Positions 21,891 to 32,887 of a stretch of DNA of 64,000 nucleotides are shown here, one piece after another (the first letter of the stretch is position 1; the number at the start of each line of letters is the position of its first letter). The stretch lies in NCBI RefSeq assembly GCF_044647545.1, contig NZ_CP172818.1. One strand, given 5' to 3'. Source of the DNA: Escherichia coli (lineage in GTDB: Bacteria > Pseudomonadota > Gammaproteobacteria > Enterobacterales > Enterobacteriaceae). The position numbers and the translations under genes are program-made. The notes beneath the pieces were generated by a model. It saw only the letters and a list, made by a program, of their open reading frames with translations. It ran no database searches and was not told where the DNA came from.

Positions 21891-22952
21891 ATGCATTTAC
21901 GTCATCTGTTTTCATCGCGCCTGCGTGGTTCATTACTGTTAGGTTCATTGCTTGTTGCTTCATCATTCAGTACGCAGGCCGCAGAAGAAATGCTGCGTAA
22001 AGCGGTAGGTAAAGGTGCCTACGAAATGGCTTATAGCCAGCAAGAAAACGCGCTGTGGCTCGCCACTTCGCAAAGCCGCAAAGTGGATAAAGGCGGCGTG
22101 GTTTATCGTCTTGATCCGGTTACTCTGGAAGTGACGCAGGCGATCCATAACGATCTCAAGCCGTTTGGTGCCACCATCAATAACACGACTCAGACGTTGT
22201 GGTTTGGTAACACTGTAAACAGCGCGGTCACGGCGATAGATGCCAAAACGGGCGAAGTGAAAGGCCGTCTGGTGCTGGATGATCGTAAGCGCACGGAAGA
22301 GGTGCGCCCGCTTCAACCGCGTGAGCTGGTAGCTGATGATGCCACGAACACCGTTTACATCACTGGTATTGGTAAAGAGAGCGTGATTTGGGTCGTTGAT
22401 GGCGAGAATATCAAACTGAAAACCGCCATCCAGAACACCGGTAAAATGAGTACCGGTTTAGCGCTGGATAGCAAAGGCAAACGTCTTTACACCACTAACG
22501 CTGACGGCGAATTGATTACCATCGACACCGCCGACAATAAAATCCTCAGCCGTAAAAAGCTGCTGGATGACGACAAAGAGCACTTCTTTATCAACATCAG
22601 CCTTGATACCACCAATCAGCGTGCATTTATCACCGATTCTAAAGCGGCAGAAGTGTTAGTGGTTGATACCCGTAATGGCAATATTCTTGCGAAGGTTGCG
22701 GCACCGGAATCACTGGCTGTGCTGTTTAACCCAGCGCGTAATGAAGCCTACGTGACGCATCGTCAGGCAGGTAAAGTCAGTGTGATTGACGCGAAAAGCT
22801 ATAAAGTGGTGAAAACGTTCGATACGCCGACTCATCCGAACAGCCTGGCGCTGTCTGCCGATGGCAAAACGCTGTATGTCAGTGTGAAACAAAAATCCAC
22901 TAAACAGCAGGAAGCTACCCAGCCGGACGATGTGATTCGTATTGCGCTGTAA
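21891..22952 (+). CDS. yncE: Periplasmic beta-propeller (PQQ-like repeat) protein YncE
   Basis: 353-aa ORF with signal peptide. Confidence 0.9.
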   Translation: MHLRHLFSSRLRGSLLLGSLLVASSFSTQAAEEMLRKAVGKGAYEMAYSQQENALWLATSQSRKVDKGGVVYRLDPVTLEVTQAIHNDLKPFGATINNTTQTLWFGNTVNSAVTAIDAKTGEVKGRLVLDDRKRTEEVRPLQPRELVADDATNTVYITGIGKESVIWVVDGENIKLKTAIQNTGKMSTGLALDSKGKRLYTTNADGELITIDTADNKILSRKKLLDDDKEHFFINISLDTTNQRAFITDSKAAEVLVVDTRNGNILAKVAAPESLAVLFNPARNEAYVTHRQAGKVSVIDAKSYKVVKTFDTPTHPNSLALSADGKTLYVSVKQKSTKQQEATQPDDVIRIAL

Positions 22953-23035
22953 TAGATATGGCGAGGGTGAAAACGGAGAGACTTGCCTGACTTTTATCAC
23001 GCCGTATCCGGCACCTTCGTCAGTAATTTGAATTT

Positions 23036-23058
23036 GCCCGGCACGCAGCCGGGCAATT
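23036..23058. terminator. Hairpin between convergent yncE and ansP
   Basis: tgcccggc-acgca-gccgggca followed by ATTTTGCAATT. Confidence 0.5.
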
Positions 23059-23064
23059 TTGCAA

Positions 23065-24564
23065 TTAACTCGCCGTTTCAGGTTTAAACACAATTTCCTG
23101 TTTTTCTTCATCTTCCTCGACGACTGGCGCAGTGCTGTGAATTTCAGCAACGCGTTTGCGCACACCAAACCAGCCTATAACCAGCAGAATACCGATAATC
23201 GGCAGCGCCGCGATAGTATAAGTCCCGTTCGGGTAATCGAACGCCATCAGCACCAGAACACTCAGTAAAAACAGTAATGTCAGCCAGGAAGTGAAGGGCG
23301 CGCCAGGCAGTTTAAAACTGACATCCGCTGCTTTGCCTTCTTTAATCGCTTTACGCAGGCGCATCTGGCACACGATGATAAACGCCCATGAAGCGATGAT
23401 TCCCAGCGACGCGAAGTTCAACACAATCTCAAATACGCGCGACGGCACCAGATAGTTGAGGAATACGCCGACGACATACACAACCAGTGTCGCCAGAATC
23501 CCGGCATACGGCACATGCTGACGACTCATTTTCGCCATAAAACTCGGTGCGGAACCGCCCATCGCCATTGAGCGCAGAATGCGTCCGGTGCAGTACAGAC
23601 CTGAATTCAGGCTGGAGAGGGCAGCGGTCAGCACCACAATGTTCATAATGCTGCCGATATATGGCACACCCAGTTTAGAGAAAAACGTCACGAACGGACT
23701 TTGCCCCGCCTGATACGCGCTCCACGGCAATAACATAACCAGCAACACCACGGAGCCGACGTAAAACAGGCCAATACGCCAAATCACACTGTTAATGGCT
23801 TTAGGCACCATGGTCTGCGGATCTTTACATTCTCCGGCAGCTGTCCCCACCATTTCAATGGAGGCAAAAGCAAACACTACGCCCTGAATCAACACCAGCG
23901 CAGGCAGCAAACCGTGGGGGAAGAAGCCGCCATTATCGGTGATTAAATGAAAGCCAGTGGTGTTGCCATCCAGCGGCTGACCACTACCGAGGAACACTGT
24001 ACCCACGACCAAAAAGGTCACAATGGCGAGCACTTTAATAAGCGCAAACCAGAACTCCATCTCCGCAAACCATTTCACACCGATCATATTCATGGTGCCA
24101 ACGATGGTAAGTGCAGCGAGCGCAAAGACCCACTGCGGCACGCCGCCAAACGCACCCCAGTAATGCATATACAGAGCGACGGCGGTAATATCAACAATCC
24201 CCGTCATCGCCCAGTTGATGAAGTACATCCAGCCAGCAACATAAGCGGCTTTCTCACCCAAAAACTCACGGGCATAAGAGACAAAACTGCCACTGGAAGG
24301 GCGGTGTAGCACCAGCTCACCCAATGCACGCAGAATAAAAAACGAAAACAAGCCACAAATTAAATAAACCAGTGCCAGTGCTGGACCCGCCATTTGCAGT
24401 CGGGCTCCTGCACCTAAAAACAAGCCGGTGCCAATCGCGCCGCCAATGGCGATCATCTGTACCTGGCGATTGCCCATCGCTTTGTGATACCCCTCTTCGT
24501 GGGCATTAAGCCAGCGGCGTTTCGCGGCGTGTTGATCTGAAGTGTCGGTGTCGTGTTTACTCAT
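23065..24564 (-). CDS. ansP: L-asparagine permease AnsP (APC family)
   Basis: Track ORF 23065..24615; internal start MSKHDTDTSD (GGGAGAG RBS) gives 499 aa; about 12 TM segments. Confidence 0.92.
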   Translation of the reverse strand: MSKHDTDTSDQHAAKRRWLNAHEEGYHKAMGNRQVQMIAIGGAIGTGLFLGAGARLQMAGPALALVYLICGLFSFFILRALGELVLHRPSSGSFVSYAREFLGEKAAYVAGWMYFINWAMTGIVDITAVALYMHYWGAFGGVPQWVFALAALTIVGTMNMIGVKWFAEMEFWFALIKVLAIVTFLVVGTVFLGSGQPLDGNTTGFHLITDNGGFFPHGLLPALVLIQGVVFAFASIEMVGTAAGECKDPQTMVPKAINSVIWRIGLFYVGSVVLLVMLLPWSAYQAGQSPFVTFFSKLGVPYIGSIMNIVVLTAALSSLNSGLYCTGRILRSMAMGGSAPSFMAKMSRQHVPYAGILATLVVYVVGVFLNYLVPSRVFEIVLNFASLGIIASWAFIIVCQMRLRKAIKEGKAADVSFKLPGAPFTSWLTLLFLLSVLVLMAFDYPNGTYTIAALPIIGILLVIGWFGVRKRVAEIHSTAPVVEEDEEKQEIVFKPETAS

Positions 24565-24830
24565 TGCTCTCCCTGATTGCTTTAATGAAAAAGTCATATA
24601 AGTTGCCATGAACAATGTTTATTCATCCTGGCGATGATAGTTATCACCATTATTCTTTATGGGTATAAAACTATCGGCGCAGCATCCTACCCGTTATCGA
24701 TAAACGATGCAAAACATCCCCTTACAATCCTGAAGGGGAATAATACAACTGACGAAAAAATGACAAATCCTTTTGCTGGTTAACCTGTGTACTGTCCTAC
24801 ACTTAATCTTTAAAAGATTGTGAGGGGCAT

Positions 24831-25448
24831 ATGATTAAGGTGTATGGCGTACCCGGATGGGGCTCTACAATCAGTGAGCTGATGCTAACACTGGCTGATA
24901 TTCCTTATCAGTTCTTTGATGTCAGTGGTTTTGACCACGAGGGAACTTCACGCGAGTTATTGAAAACCCTGAACCCGTTGTGTCAGATTCCGACACTGGC
25001 GCTGGAAAATGACGAGATTATGACGGAGACAGCGGCGATTGCATTGATGGTTCTCGATCGTCGCCCGGACCTTGCGCCACCGGTTGGGCGCGCCGAACGT
25101 CAGCAGTTTCAACGGCTATTGGTCTGGCTGGTTGCTAATGTCTATCCAACATTCACTTTCGCCGATTACCCTGAGCGTTGGGCTCCTGACGCACCTGAAC
25201 AGTTAAAGAAGAATGTTATTGAATATCGAAAATCGCTTTATATCTGGTTGAATTCGCAGCTCACTGCTGAACCTTATGCGTTTGGTGAGCAACTAACGCT
25301 GGTGGACTGTTATCTTTGCACTATGCGCACATGGGGGCCTGGGCATGAATGGTTTCAGGATAATGCCACGAATATCAGTGCGATTGCTGATGCTGTATGT
25401 CAGTTACCGAAATTACAAGAAGTATTAAAAAGGAATGAAATTATTTGA
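24831..25448 (+). CDS. yncG: Glutathione-S-transferase-like protein YncG
   Basis: 205-aa ORF. Confidence 0.85.
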   Translation: MIKVYGVPGWGSTISELMLTLADIPYQFFDVSGFDHEGTSRELLKTLNPLCQIPTLALENDEIMTETAAIALMVLDRRPDLAPPVGRAERQQFQRLLVWLVANVYPTFTFADYPERWAPDAPEQLKKNVIEYRKSLYIWLNSQLTAEPYAFGEQLTLVDCYLCTMRTWGPGHEWFQDNATNISAIADAVCQLPKLQEVLKRNEII

Positions 25449-25523
25449 GTGGGATACCAGAAGATTATGTTATTTATTATTCAGTAACTTTATCCACAAT
25501 GATGGGCGTAATTAATTAAATTC

Positions 25524-25736
25524 ATGTTATGTTTTTTAATTTATATCACTCTCCCTTTCATTCAGCTTGTCTATTTCATTTCCTCTGAAAAGAAACTAAC
25601 TATTCACATTGTGCAGATGTTTCAGTTGTTATCACAGGTATTCTATAATCTCAAAATGTTTTTAATGATGGATATGCTCGGAGTTGGAGATGCAATTAAT
25701 ATTAATACAAATAAAAATATCCGGCAGGTATGCTAA
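25524..25736 (+). CDS. yncH: Small hypothetical protein YncH (doubtful)
   Basis: 70-aa ORF in a very AT-rich stretch; no recognisable motif. Confidence 0.4.
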   Translation: MLCFLIYITLPFIQLVYFISSEKKLTIHIVQMFQLLSQVFYNLKMFLMMDMLGVGDAININTNKNIRQVC

Positions 25737-26474
25737 AAGGATAAATGGCGTTCTCTGTATTTATTCGCAATTATCTGTAGGACAAATATGGAGAGCTTGA
25801 TGAGTCAGAGCTAAAACAGCAATTGATTAATAAACATGTTGATTTATTCAAGAAAATGGATGTATTTTAAATATTGATTCTTAATATAACCTAATCAATA
25901 GATTATCACGTGAGAGCTGCACATTATTGGAGGGGCAGGGGAAAACACCATTTTGGGAACAATGCATCAGGTACTCTTACCACTGAAGCAAGATCATCCG
26001 GGCACCAGGTGGTGGTGCAGTGCTTTGGAAATGGTCCCCTCGGGGGAGTTGTCATTATTTTCTATGCTATTTGCTTATTATATTCATCAGGTGAATTTAA
26101 TAAATTCCTAATTTGAAATATCCACTATTAAGCCAGTGTTTAACGACGTTAAGATGGCAATGTGCAGATCATGTTATCAGGGTGGGGCGGTAGCGTATAT
26201 TCCTTATACAAACCATCATTCATTTCAATGATTGTTATTGAATTATTTATTGTTGTGAATAAAAAGACATTATGAATATTGGTTTGACTTTGCATATCAG
26301 GTTTTTTATTACTCGCTGTAATGTACGAGCCTGTCGTGAATAACGTCGAGAACCCATCCGTTGCGTTTGTGATTATTTTGTTGACTAAACAGACACCCGT
26401 TTCTCTGAAGTAAAATCCCAGACTAAATCATCACATAACCATGACATTTTTCTGATATTCCCCGGTAACGCCAG

Positions 26475-28108
26475 ATGTCGACTCGCTTATCCACCCTCAG
26501 CCATACCAGTGAAGGCCACCGCGTGTCGGTCCACTACGGCTATGACGATAAAGGCCGCCTGACCGGCGAACGCCAGACGGTGGAGAACCCGGAGACGGGG
26601 GAACTGCTGTGGCACCATGAGACCGGACATGCGTACAACGAACAGGGGCTGGCAAACCGCGTCACGCCGGACAGTCTGCCGCCGGTGGAGTGGCTGACCT
26701 ACGGCAGCGGCTATCTTGCGGGCATGAAGCTGGGCGGGACGCCGCTGCTGGAGTTCACGCGCGACCGCCTGCACCGTGAGACGGTGCGCAGCTTCGGCAG
26801 CATGGCAGGCAGTAATGCCGCATATAAACTGACCAGCACATACACCCCCGCAGGCCAGTTACAGAGCCAGCACCTGAACAGCCTGGTGTATGACCGTGAC
26901 TACGGGTGGAATGACAACGGCGACCTGGTGCGCATCAGCGGCCCGCGACAGACGCGGGAATACGGCTACAGCGCCACGGGCAGGCTGGAGAGTGTGCGCA
27001 CCCTCGCACCAGACCTGGACATCCGCATCCCGTATGCCACGGACCCGGCGGGCAACCGGCTGCCGGACCCGGAGCTGCACCCGGACAGTACACTCACAGT
27101 GTGGCCGGATAACCGCATCGCGGAGGATGCGCACTATGTCTACCGCCACGATGAATACGGCAGGCTGACGGAGAAGACGGACCGCATCCCGGCGGGTGTG
27201 ATACGGACGGACGACGAGCGGACCCACCACTACCACTACGACAGCCAGCACCGCCTGGTGTTCTACACGCGGATACAGCATGGCGAGCCACTGGTCGAGA
27301 GCCGCTACCTCTACGACCCGCTGGGACGGCGAATGGCAAAACGGGTCTGGCGGCGGGAGCGTGACCTGACGGGGTGGATGTCGCTGTCGCGTAAACCGGA
27401 GGTGACGTGGTATGGCTGGGACGGAGACAGGCTGACGACGGTGCAGACTGACACCACACGTATCCAGACGGTATACGAGCCGGGAAGCTTCACGCCGCTC
27501 ATCCGGGTCGAGACAGAGAACGGCGAGCGGGAAAAAGCGCAGCGGCGCAGCCTGGCAGAGACGCTCCAGCAGGAAGGGAGTGAGAACGGCCACGGCGTGG
27601 TGTTCCCGGCTGAACTGGTGCGGCTGCTGGACAGGCTGGAGGAAGAAATCCGGGCAGACCGCGTGAGCAGTGAAAGCCGGGCGTGGCTTGCGCAGTGCGG
27701 GCTGACGGTGGAGCAACTGGCCAGACAGGTGGAGCCGGAATACACACCGGCGCGAAAAGTTCATTTTTACCACTGCGACCACCGGGGCCTGCCGCTGGCG
27801 CTCATCAGCGAAGACGGCAATACGGCGTGGCGCGGGGAGTATGATGAATGGGGCAACCAGCTTAATGAGGAGAACCCGCATCACCTGCACCAGCCGTACC
27901 GTCTGCCAGGGCAGCAGTATGATAAGGGAGTCGGGCTGGTACTTATAACCGTCACCGGTACTACGATCCGTTGCAGGGGCGGTATATCACCCGGGACCCG
28001 ATTGGGTTGAGAGGTGGATATGGATATGTATCAGTATCCGTTGAATCCCATACAAGTGATAGACCCAATGGGGTTAGATGCGATTGAGAATATCATAATA
28101 TCAGGCTA
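26475..28108 (+). pseudogene. rhsE: Rhs element remnant (rhsE): C-terminal part of the Rhs core with two frameshifts and a 10-aa tip
   Basis: YD repeats ([24 protein letters not shown]). Near 27935 the conserved end [25 protein letters not shown] is in another frame; frame returns for [16 protein letters not shown] (PxxxxDPxGL) followed by only [10 protein letters not shown] before the stop. GC-rich core against AT-rich flanks. Confidence 0.85.
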
Positions 28109-29200
28109 ATTAATTTATGCCGTATCTGGTGTACCTGGATTGATTGCTGCAAACAGCATTACTAACAGTGCTTACCAGTTCGGTTATGATATGGATGCTA
28201 TTGTTGGCGGAAGCTCATAATGGGGCCGCCGATGCAATGAGACATATCGTCACTTGATGTGTCGAATGACTAAGACATTTGGATCAAACAATAGCTGACG
28301 TGATAGGAAAAATCATGAGGCGGCAGGGATAACAAGGTCAGCCAGCTAAAGAAAAGTAATCATGGATCTAAAAAATAACACTGTCGGTATTGCTTGTGGC
28401 GATTTTTGGCCAAATGTAGCGATGATGTATTGTAAAATATAACACTGGGAAAACTCTTCGGGTTAGATGGTATAAAAGCAGATAACTCCAATAAAAACAA
28501 AGCAAGGGAGTTTCAGACGCTTCAAATTATTAGAGGCAAACTTGTCATTTTTTTTAATTACCCTTTGTTTATTTGTTGTTTACAATCTTCTGGGTTTGAT
28601 AACAATTCAAATTCTTGATATTGTCATTTTATGGACATAAATACCTAAAGAGCGTTGAGATATCTTTCTGAAAAAAATATTATTTATAAAATAATTAATG
28701 ACCAAAAAATTAGTAGAGGGAATGGTCATTTTATAAGTATAATGGTTAATAATTACAGGACGCACTGTGGAGTGGTTGATAAACTTAATTTTTTCAATGA
28801 TATTCTTTATAGCGTGCGATTAAAAAACATTAAAGCAAACTTGCAGAATATGGAGTTCTGCGCTAAAAAATAATGCGTATTTTAGTGATAAAAACAAGAA
28901 GGCTAGTTATAAAATAATTAATTATGGAGAACTATCACGATGTTGATTATTATGATAACAATTTGAAAAATGAAGCTTTTTGACTGGATTGGTAAATGGT
29001 CATAATGAACAACACCAGAAAGTAGAAAAATATAAAATACATACAGAAGATACTAGAAGCAAGGGACGGGCAGGGCAATATTATGAAAATTGTGATGTAA
29101 AATCACGATTTTCATCTTGGCTTGAACGCTAGCAGGCTATTAAAATTTAACCTTTGGATAAATGGAAAAAGATAAAAAAGGACCAAGTGATATTTTAAGT
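28109..29200 (+). other. AT-rich region of decayed short ORFs downstream of the Rhs tip
   Basis: Fragments such as VSGVPGLIAANSITNSAYQFGYDMDAIVGGSS and the 72-aa ORF 28655..28873; nothing intact. Interpretation as toxin/immunity remnants is inference from Rhs locus architecture. Confidence 0.35.
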
Positions 29201-29204
29201 TTGC

Positions 29205-30135
29205 TTGATTATATTTAGCTATCTCTATATACGACAACAAGGAAGCTTAAACATAAATCTATCCGCTATTTTGTTTCTCACCGTATGTGAGAATTGCGAG
29301 GCCCATGAGTGGCAGGAAATTGAAGATTTTGGACATGAAAGACTTGAATGGCTAAAGAAATATGGTGATTTTGATAATGGGATTGCGGTCGATGACACCA
29401 TTGCACGCGTTGTGAGTAACATTGACAGTTTGGCCTTTGGAAGATGTTTATTGAATGGATGCAGGAGTGCCATGAAATCACTGATGGTGAAATTATAGCA
29501 ATAGATGGAAAGACCATAAGAGGCTCCTTTGATAAGGAAAGAAAAGGAGCAATCCATATGGTGAGTGCATTCTCAACCAAATGGTGTTGTACTCCGGCAG
29601 GCGAAACGGAAGCCAAAAGTAATGAGATTACAGCCATTCCACAGTTGCTTAACCTACTGTATTTAAAGAAAATTTTGATAACCATCGACGCTATGGGCTG
29701 TCAGAAAGATATCGCTTCGAAGATTAAAAGATAAAAAAGCAGATTATCTTCTGGCAGAAAAGGCAATCAGGGGAAATTACATCATGCATTCGAGGAAAAA
29801 TTTCCTGTAAATGTGTTTTCTAATTATAGGCGATTCGTTTAGTACGCAGGAGATAGTCATGGAAGAAAAGAAACACGTTTTCATATTGTAGTAACGTAAC
29901 GCCTGAACTTTTGTGATTTTGAATTCAATGGAAGGGATTAAAAAAGCTTTGTGTAGCATTGTCATTCAGGCAGAAGAAAGAAGATAAATCAGCAGAAGGT
30001 GTAAGCATCCGATACTATATTTCATCAAAGGATATGGATGCTAAAGAATTTGCACATGCTATCAGAGCGCACTGGCTGATCGAGCACAGTCTTCATTGGG
30101 TGTTAGATGTAAAAATGAATGAAGATGCCGCCGGA
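29205..30135 (+). pseudogene. yncI: H-repeat-associated (ISAs1-family) transposase remnant (yncI-like), multiply disrupted
   Basis: Fragments ([38 protein letters not shown]; IIAIDGKTIRGSFDKERKGAIHMVSAFS...; C-terminal [20 protein letters not shown]) parallel the adjacent ydcC copy but are broken by stops and frameshifts. Confidence 0.7.
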
Positions 30136-30397
30136 TAAGAAGAGGAAACGCAGCCTAAATAATATCTGGAATAAAGAAGATGGCACTGAATTTATTAAGA
30201 GATTGCAAAGACATTAAGGGTGAAGAGGAAAAGAAAGAAGGCTGCGTTAAACACAGGGAAAGATCATCAGAAGTTCACTTTTTGTACTAAATAATTCGCA
30301 TTTTATGTTTAAAAATTGAGATATTCCTCATTACCTGAAGCTGTTTTTTATTGCTTATACATGATCAAATACTCCTTACATAATTAAGGAGAACAAA

Positions 30398-31533
30398 ATG
30401 GAACTTAAAAAATTGATGGAACATATTTCTATTATCCCCGATTACAGACAAGCCTGGAAAGTGGAGCATAAATTATCGGACATTCTACTGTTGACTATTT
30501 GTGCCGTTATTTCTGGTGCAGAAGGCTGGGAAGATATAGAGGATTTTGGGGAAACACATCTCGATTTTTTGAAGCAATATGGTGATTTTGAAAATGGTAT
30601 TCCTGTTCACGATACCATTGCCAGAGTTGTATCCTGTATCAGTCCTGCAAAATTTCACGAGTGCTTTATTAACTGGATGCGTGACTGCCATTCTTCAGAT
30701 GATAAAGACGTTATTGCAATTGATGGAAAAACGCTCCGGCACTCTTATGACAAGAGTCGCCGCAGGGGAGCGATTCATGTCATTAGTGCGTTCTCAACAA
30801 TGCACAGTCTGGTCATCGGACAGATCAGGACGGATGAGAAATCTAATGAGATTACAGCTATCCCTGAACTTCTTTACATGTTGGACATTAAAGGAAAAAT
30901 CATCACAACTGATGCGATGGGTTGCCAGAAAGATATTGCAGAGAAGATACAAAAACAGGGAGGTGATTATTTATTCGCTGAAAATGAAACCAGGGGCGGC
31001 TAAATAAAGCCTTCGAGGAAAAATTTCCGCTGAAAGAATTAAATAATCCAGAGCATGACAGTTACGCAATGAGTGAAAAGAGTCACGGCAGAGAAGAAAT
31101 CCGTCTTCACATTGTTTGCGATGTCCCTGATGAACTTATTGATTTCACGTTTGAATGGAAAGGTCTGAAGAAATTATGCGTGGCAGTCTCCTTTCGGTCA
31201 ATAATAGCAGAACAAAAGAAAGAGCCAGAAATGACGGTCAGATATTATATCAGTTCTGCTGATTTAACCGCAGAGAAGTTCGCCACAGCAATCCGAAACC
31301 ACTGGCACGTGGAGAATAAGCTGCACTGGCGTCTGGACGTGGTAATGAATGAAGACGACTGCAAAATAAGAAGAGGAAATGCAGCAGAATTATTTTCAGG
31401 GATACGGCACATCGCTATTGATATTTTGACGAATGATAAGGTATTCAAGGCAGGGTTAAGACGTAAGATGCGAAAAGCAGTCATGGACAGAAACTATCTG
31501 GCGTCAGTCCTTGCGGGGAGCGGGCTTTCGTAA
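30398..31533 (+). pseudogene. ydcC: H-repeat-associated (ISAs1-family) transposase YdcC, split by a single frameshift near 30995
   Basis: ORFs 30398..31003 (201 aa) and 31069..31533 (154 aa) are the N- and C-halves; the joining segment [31 protein letters not shown] reads in a different frame. Confidence 0.8.
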
Positions 31534-31718
31534 TCTTTCCCTGGAGTGGCAAAGAACTGGTGGTGAATAATCCCGTTATTAGCAGACTTTTAACAATATG
31601 ATTAAGCTGCATCTTAAGCGTCTCCAGAATGGACTTTTATTGGGGGTATTTACGGATAAAAATTTTTGTGAGGGGAAAAATAAATATAATGGGCGTTAAT
31701 AAATTGGCAAGCCGGGAA

Positions 31719-31787
31719 TTTTTTTTTTTTTAATGGCATGTTGGCAAAAAATATATTCTGCAAGTTTTTTTTTTTGGCTTTTTTTTT
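31719..31787. repeat. Three homopolymeric T tracts (T13, T11, T9) within about 70 bp
   Basis: Read directly: ...gggaa t13 aatgg..., ...caag t11 ggc t9 aaaagg...; between the ydcC end and pptA. Confidence 0.9.
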
Positions 31788-31912
31788 AAAAGGGTGTAAA
31801 ACAAACCTGTACAAATTCAAGTAGGCATTATTGCCGTAAAAAAGCATCACCGGACACATAACATTCACAACGTGTGTTAATTTTACTGACATCTTTCAAA
31901 AGGAGCACAATC

Positions 31913-32140
31913 ATGCCGCACATAGACATTAAATGTTTTCCACGTGAACTGGACGAACAACAAAAAGCAGCACTTGCTGCAGATATTACCGACGTTATTA
32001 TTCGCCATCTGAACAGTAAAGACAGTTCGATAAGCATTGCTCTACAGCAGATTCAACCAGAATCATGGCAAGCTATCTGGGACGCCGAAATTGCGCCCCA
32101 AATGGAGACGCTGATAAAGAAACCTGGTTACAGCATGTAA
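31913..32140 (+). CDS. pptA: 4-oxalocrotonate-tautomerase-family protein PptA
   Basis: Track ORF 31874..32140; start at MPHIDIKCF gives 75 aa with the catalytic N-terminal Pro. Confidence 0.85.
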   Translation: MPHIDIKCFPRELDEQQKAALAADITDVIIRHLNSKDSSISIALQQIQPESWQAIWDAEIAPQMETLIKKPGYSM

Positions 32141-32143
32141 TGC

Positions 32144-32713
32144 TTAACCTGCCGTAACACGCTTGCCGCTGGTAACAAACGTGCCAGCGCCTAAATGATG
32201 CAACGTATTGAGCTTATCATCATCAAACTGCCAGCGGCCTTCGACAAATACCCGTGCGTCTGCCGCTGCTGATACCACTTCGCCAAACAGCGTGTCGTAT
32301 TTTTCTTGCGCAGAAGTCGCAGGTAGCAGGCGACACTCCATCCACGCCAGACATTTTTCCTCGACCAGCGGCAAACCAAGCACCGGACCTTTCACAACCG
32401 GAATACCATAGCAGTTAAACTTATCTTCATCACGCCCCGACACACTTCCCACCGCCCACGTCCAGTTAGTCGCCGCAACGCCTGGGATAACGATGCCAAA
32501 TTTACCGTTACGCTCAATCAACTCCCTGGTCCATGTCGATTTATCTACCACAATCGCCACGCGTGGCGGTTCAAACTCTACGGGCATAGACCAGGCTGCT
32601 GCCATAATGTTACGCCGCTGGGATTGCTCATCGAAACTGGTGATCATGACAGTTGGGCCATGATTTAACAGACGGCTGGCATGGTGTAATTCGACGGGAA
32701 TGAATTGGCTCAC
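32144..32713 (-). CDS. yddH: Flavin-reductase-like protein YddH
   Basis: 189-aa ORF. Confidence 0.88.
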   Translation of the reverse strand: MSQFIPVELHHASRLLNHGPTVMITSFDEQSQRRNIMAAAWSMPVEFEPPRVAIVVDKSTWTRELIERNGKFGIVIPGVAATNWTWAVGSVSGRDEDKFNCYGIPVVKGPVLGLPLVEEKCLAWMECRLLPATSAQEKYDTLFGEVVSAAADARVFVEGRWQFDDDKLNTLHHLGAGTFVTSGKRVTAG

Positions 32714-32887
32714 GATATCGCCTCGCTATGAAGGGTGTTTTAAAAGCGTAGCTCGTAACGCAATAAGTAACGAAATTAACGGGATTGGCGATTTGCGAAC
32801 GTGATGCATGTCCGCGATCGCACAAAATAGCCAGTGCGGCGTCTATTCCAGGTTATAAGTTGAGAAAACCACTAAGGGAAACGCCTG

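Noticed and set aside
25910-26116. 68-aa ORF in the AT-rich stretch upstream of the Rhs remnant
   Set aside because: No recognisable motif, no clear RBS, and it sits in decayed island DNA; coding status cannot be supported.
26859-27890. 343-aa minus-strand ORF (plus 27094..27745 ORFs) inside rhsE
   Set aside because: Antisense to the YD-repeat Rhs core; Arg/Pro/Ala-rich low-complexity translation typical of GC-rich antisense frames.
31650-31892. 80-aa minus-strand ORF with lysine runs
   Set aside because: The lysine runs are just the poly-T tracts read as AAA codons on the other strand; no RBS; intergenic position.
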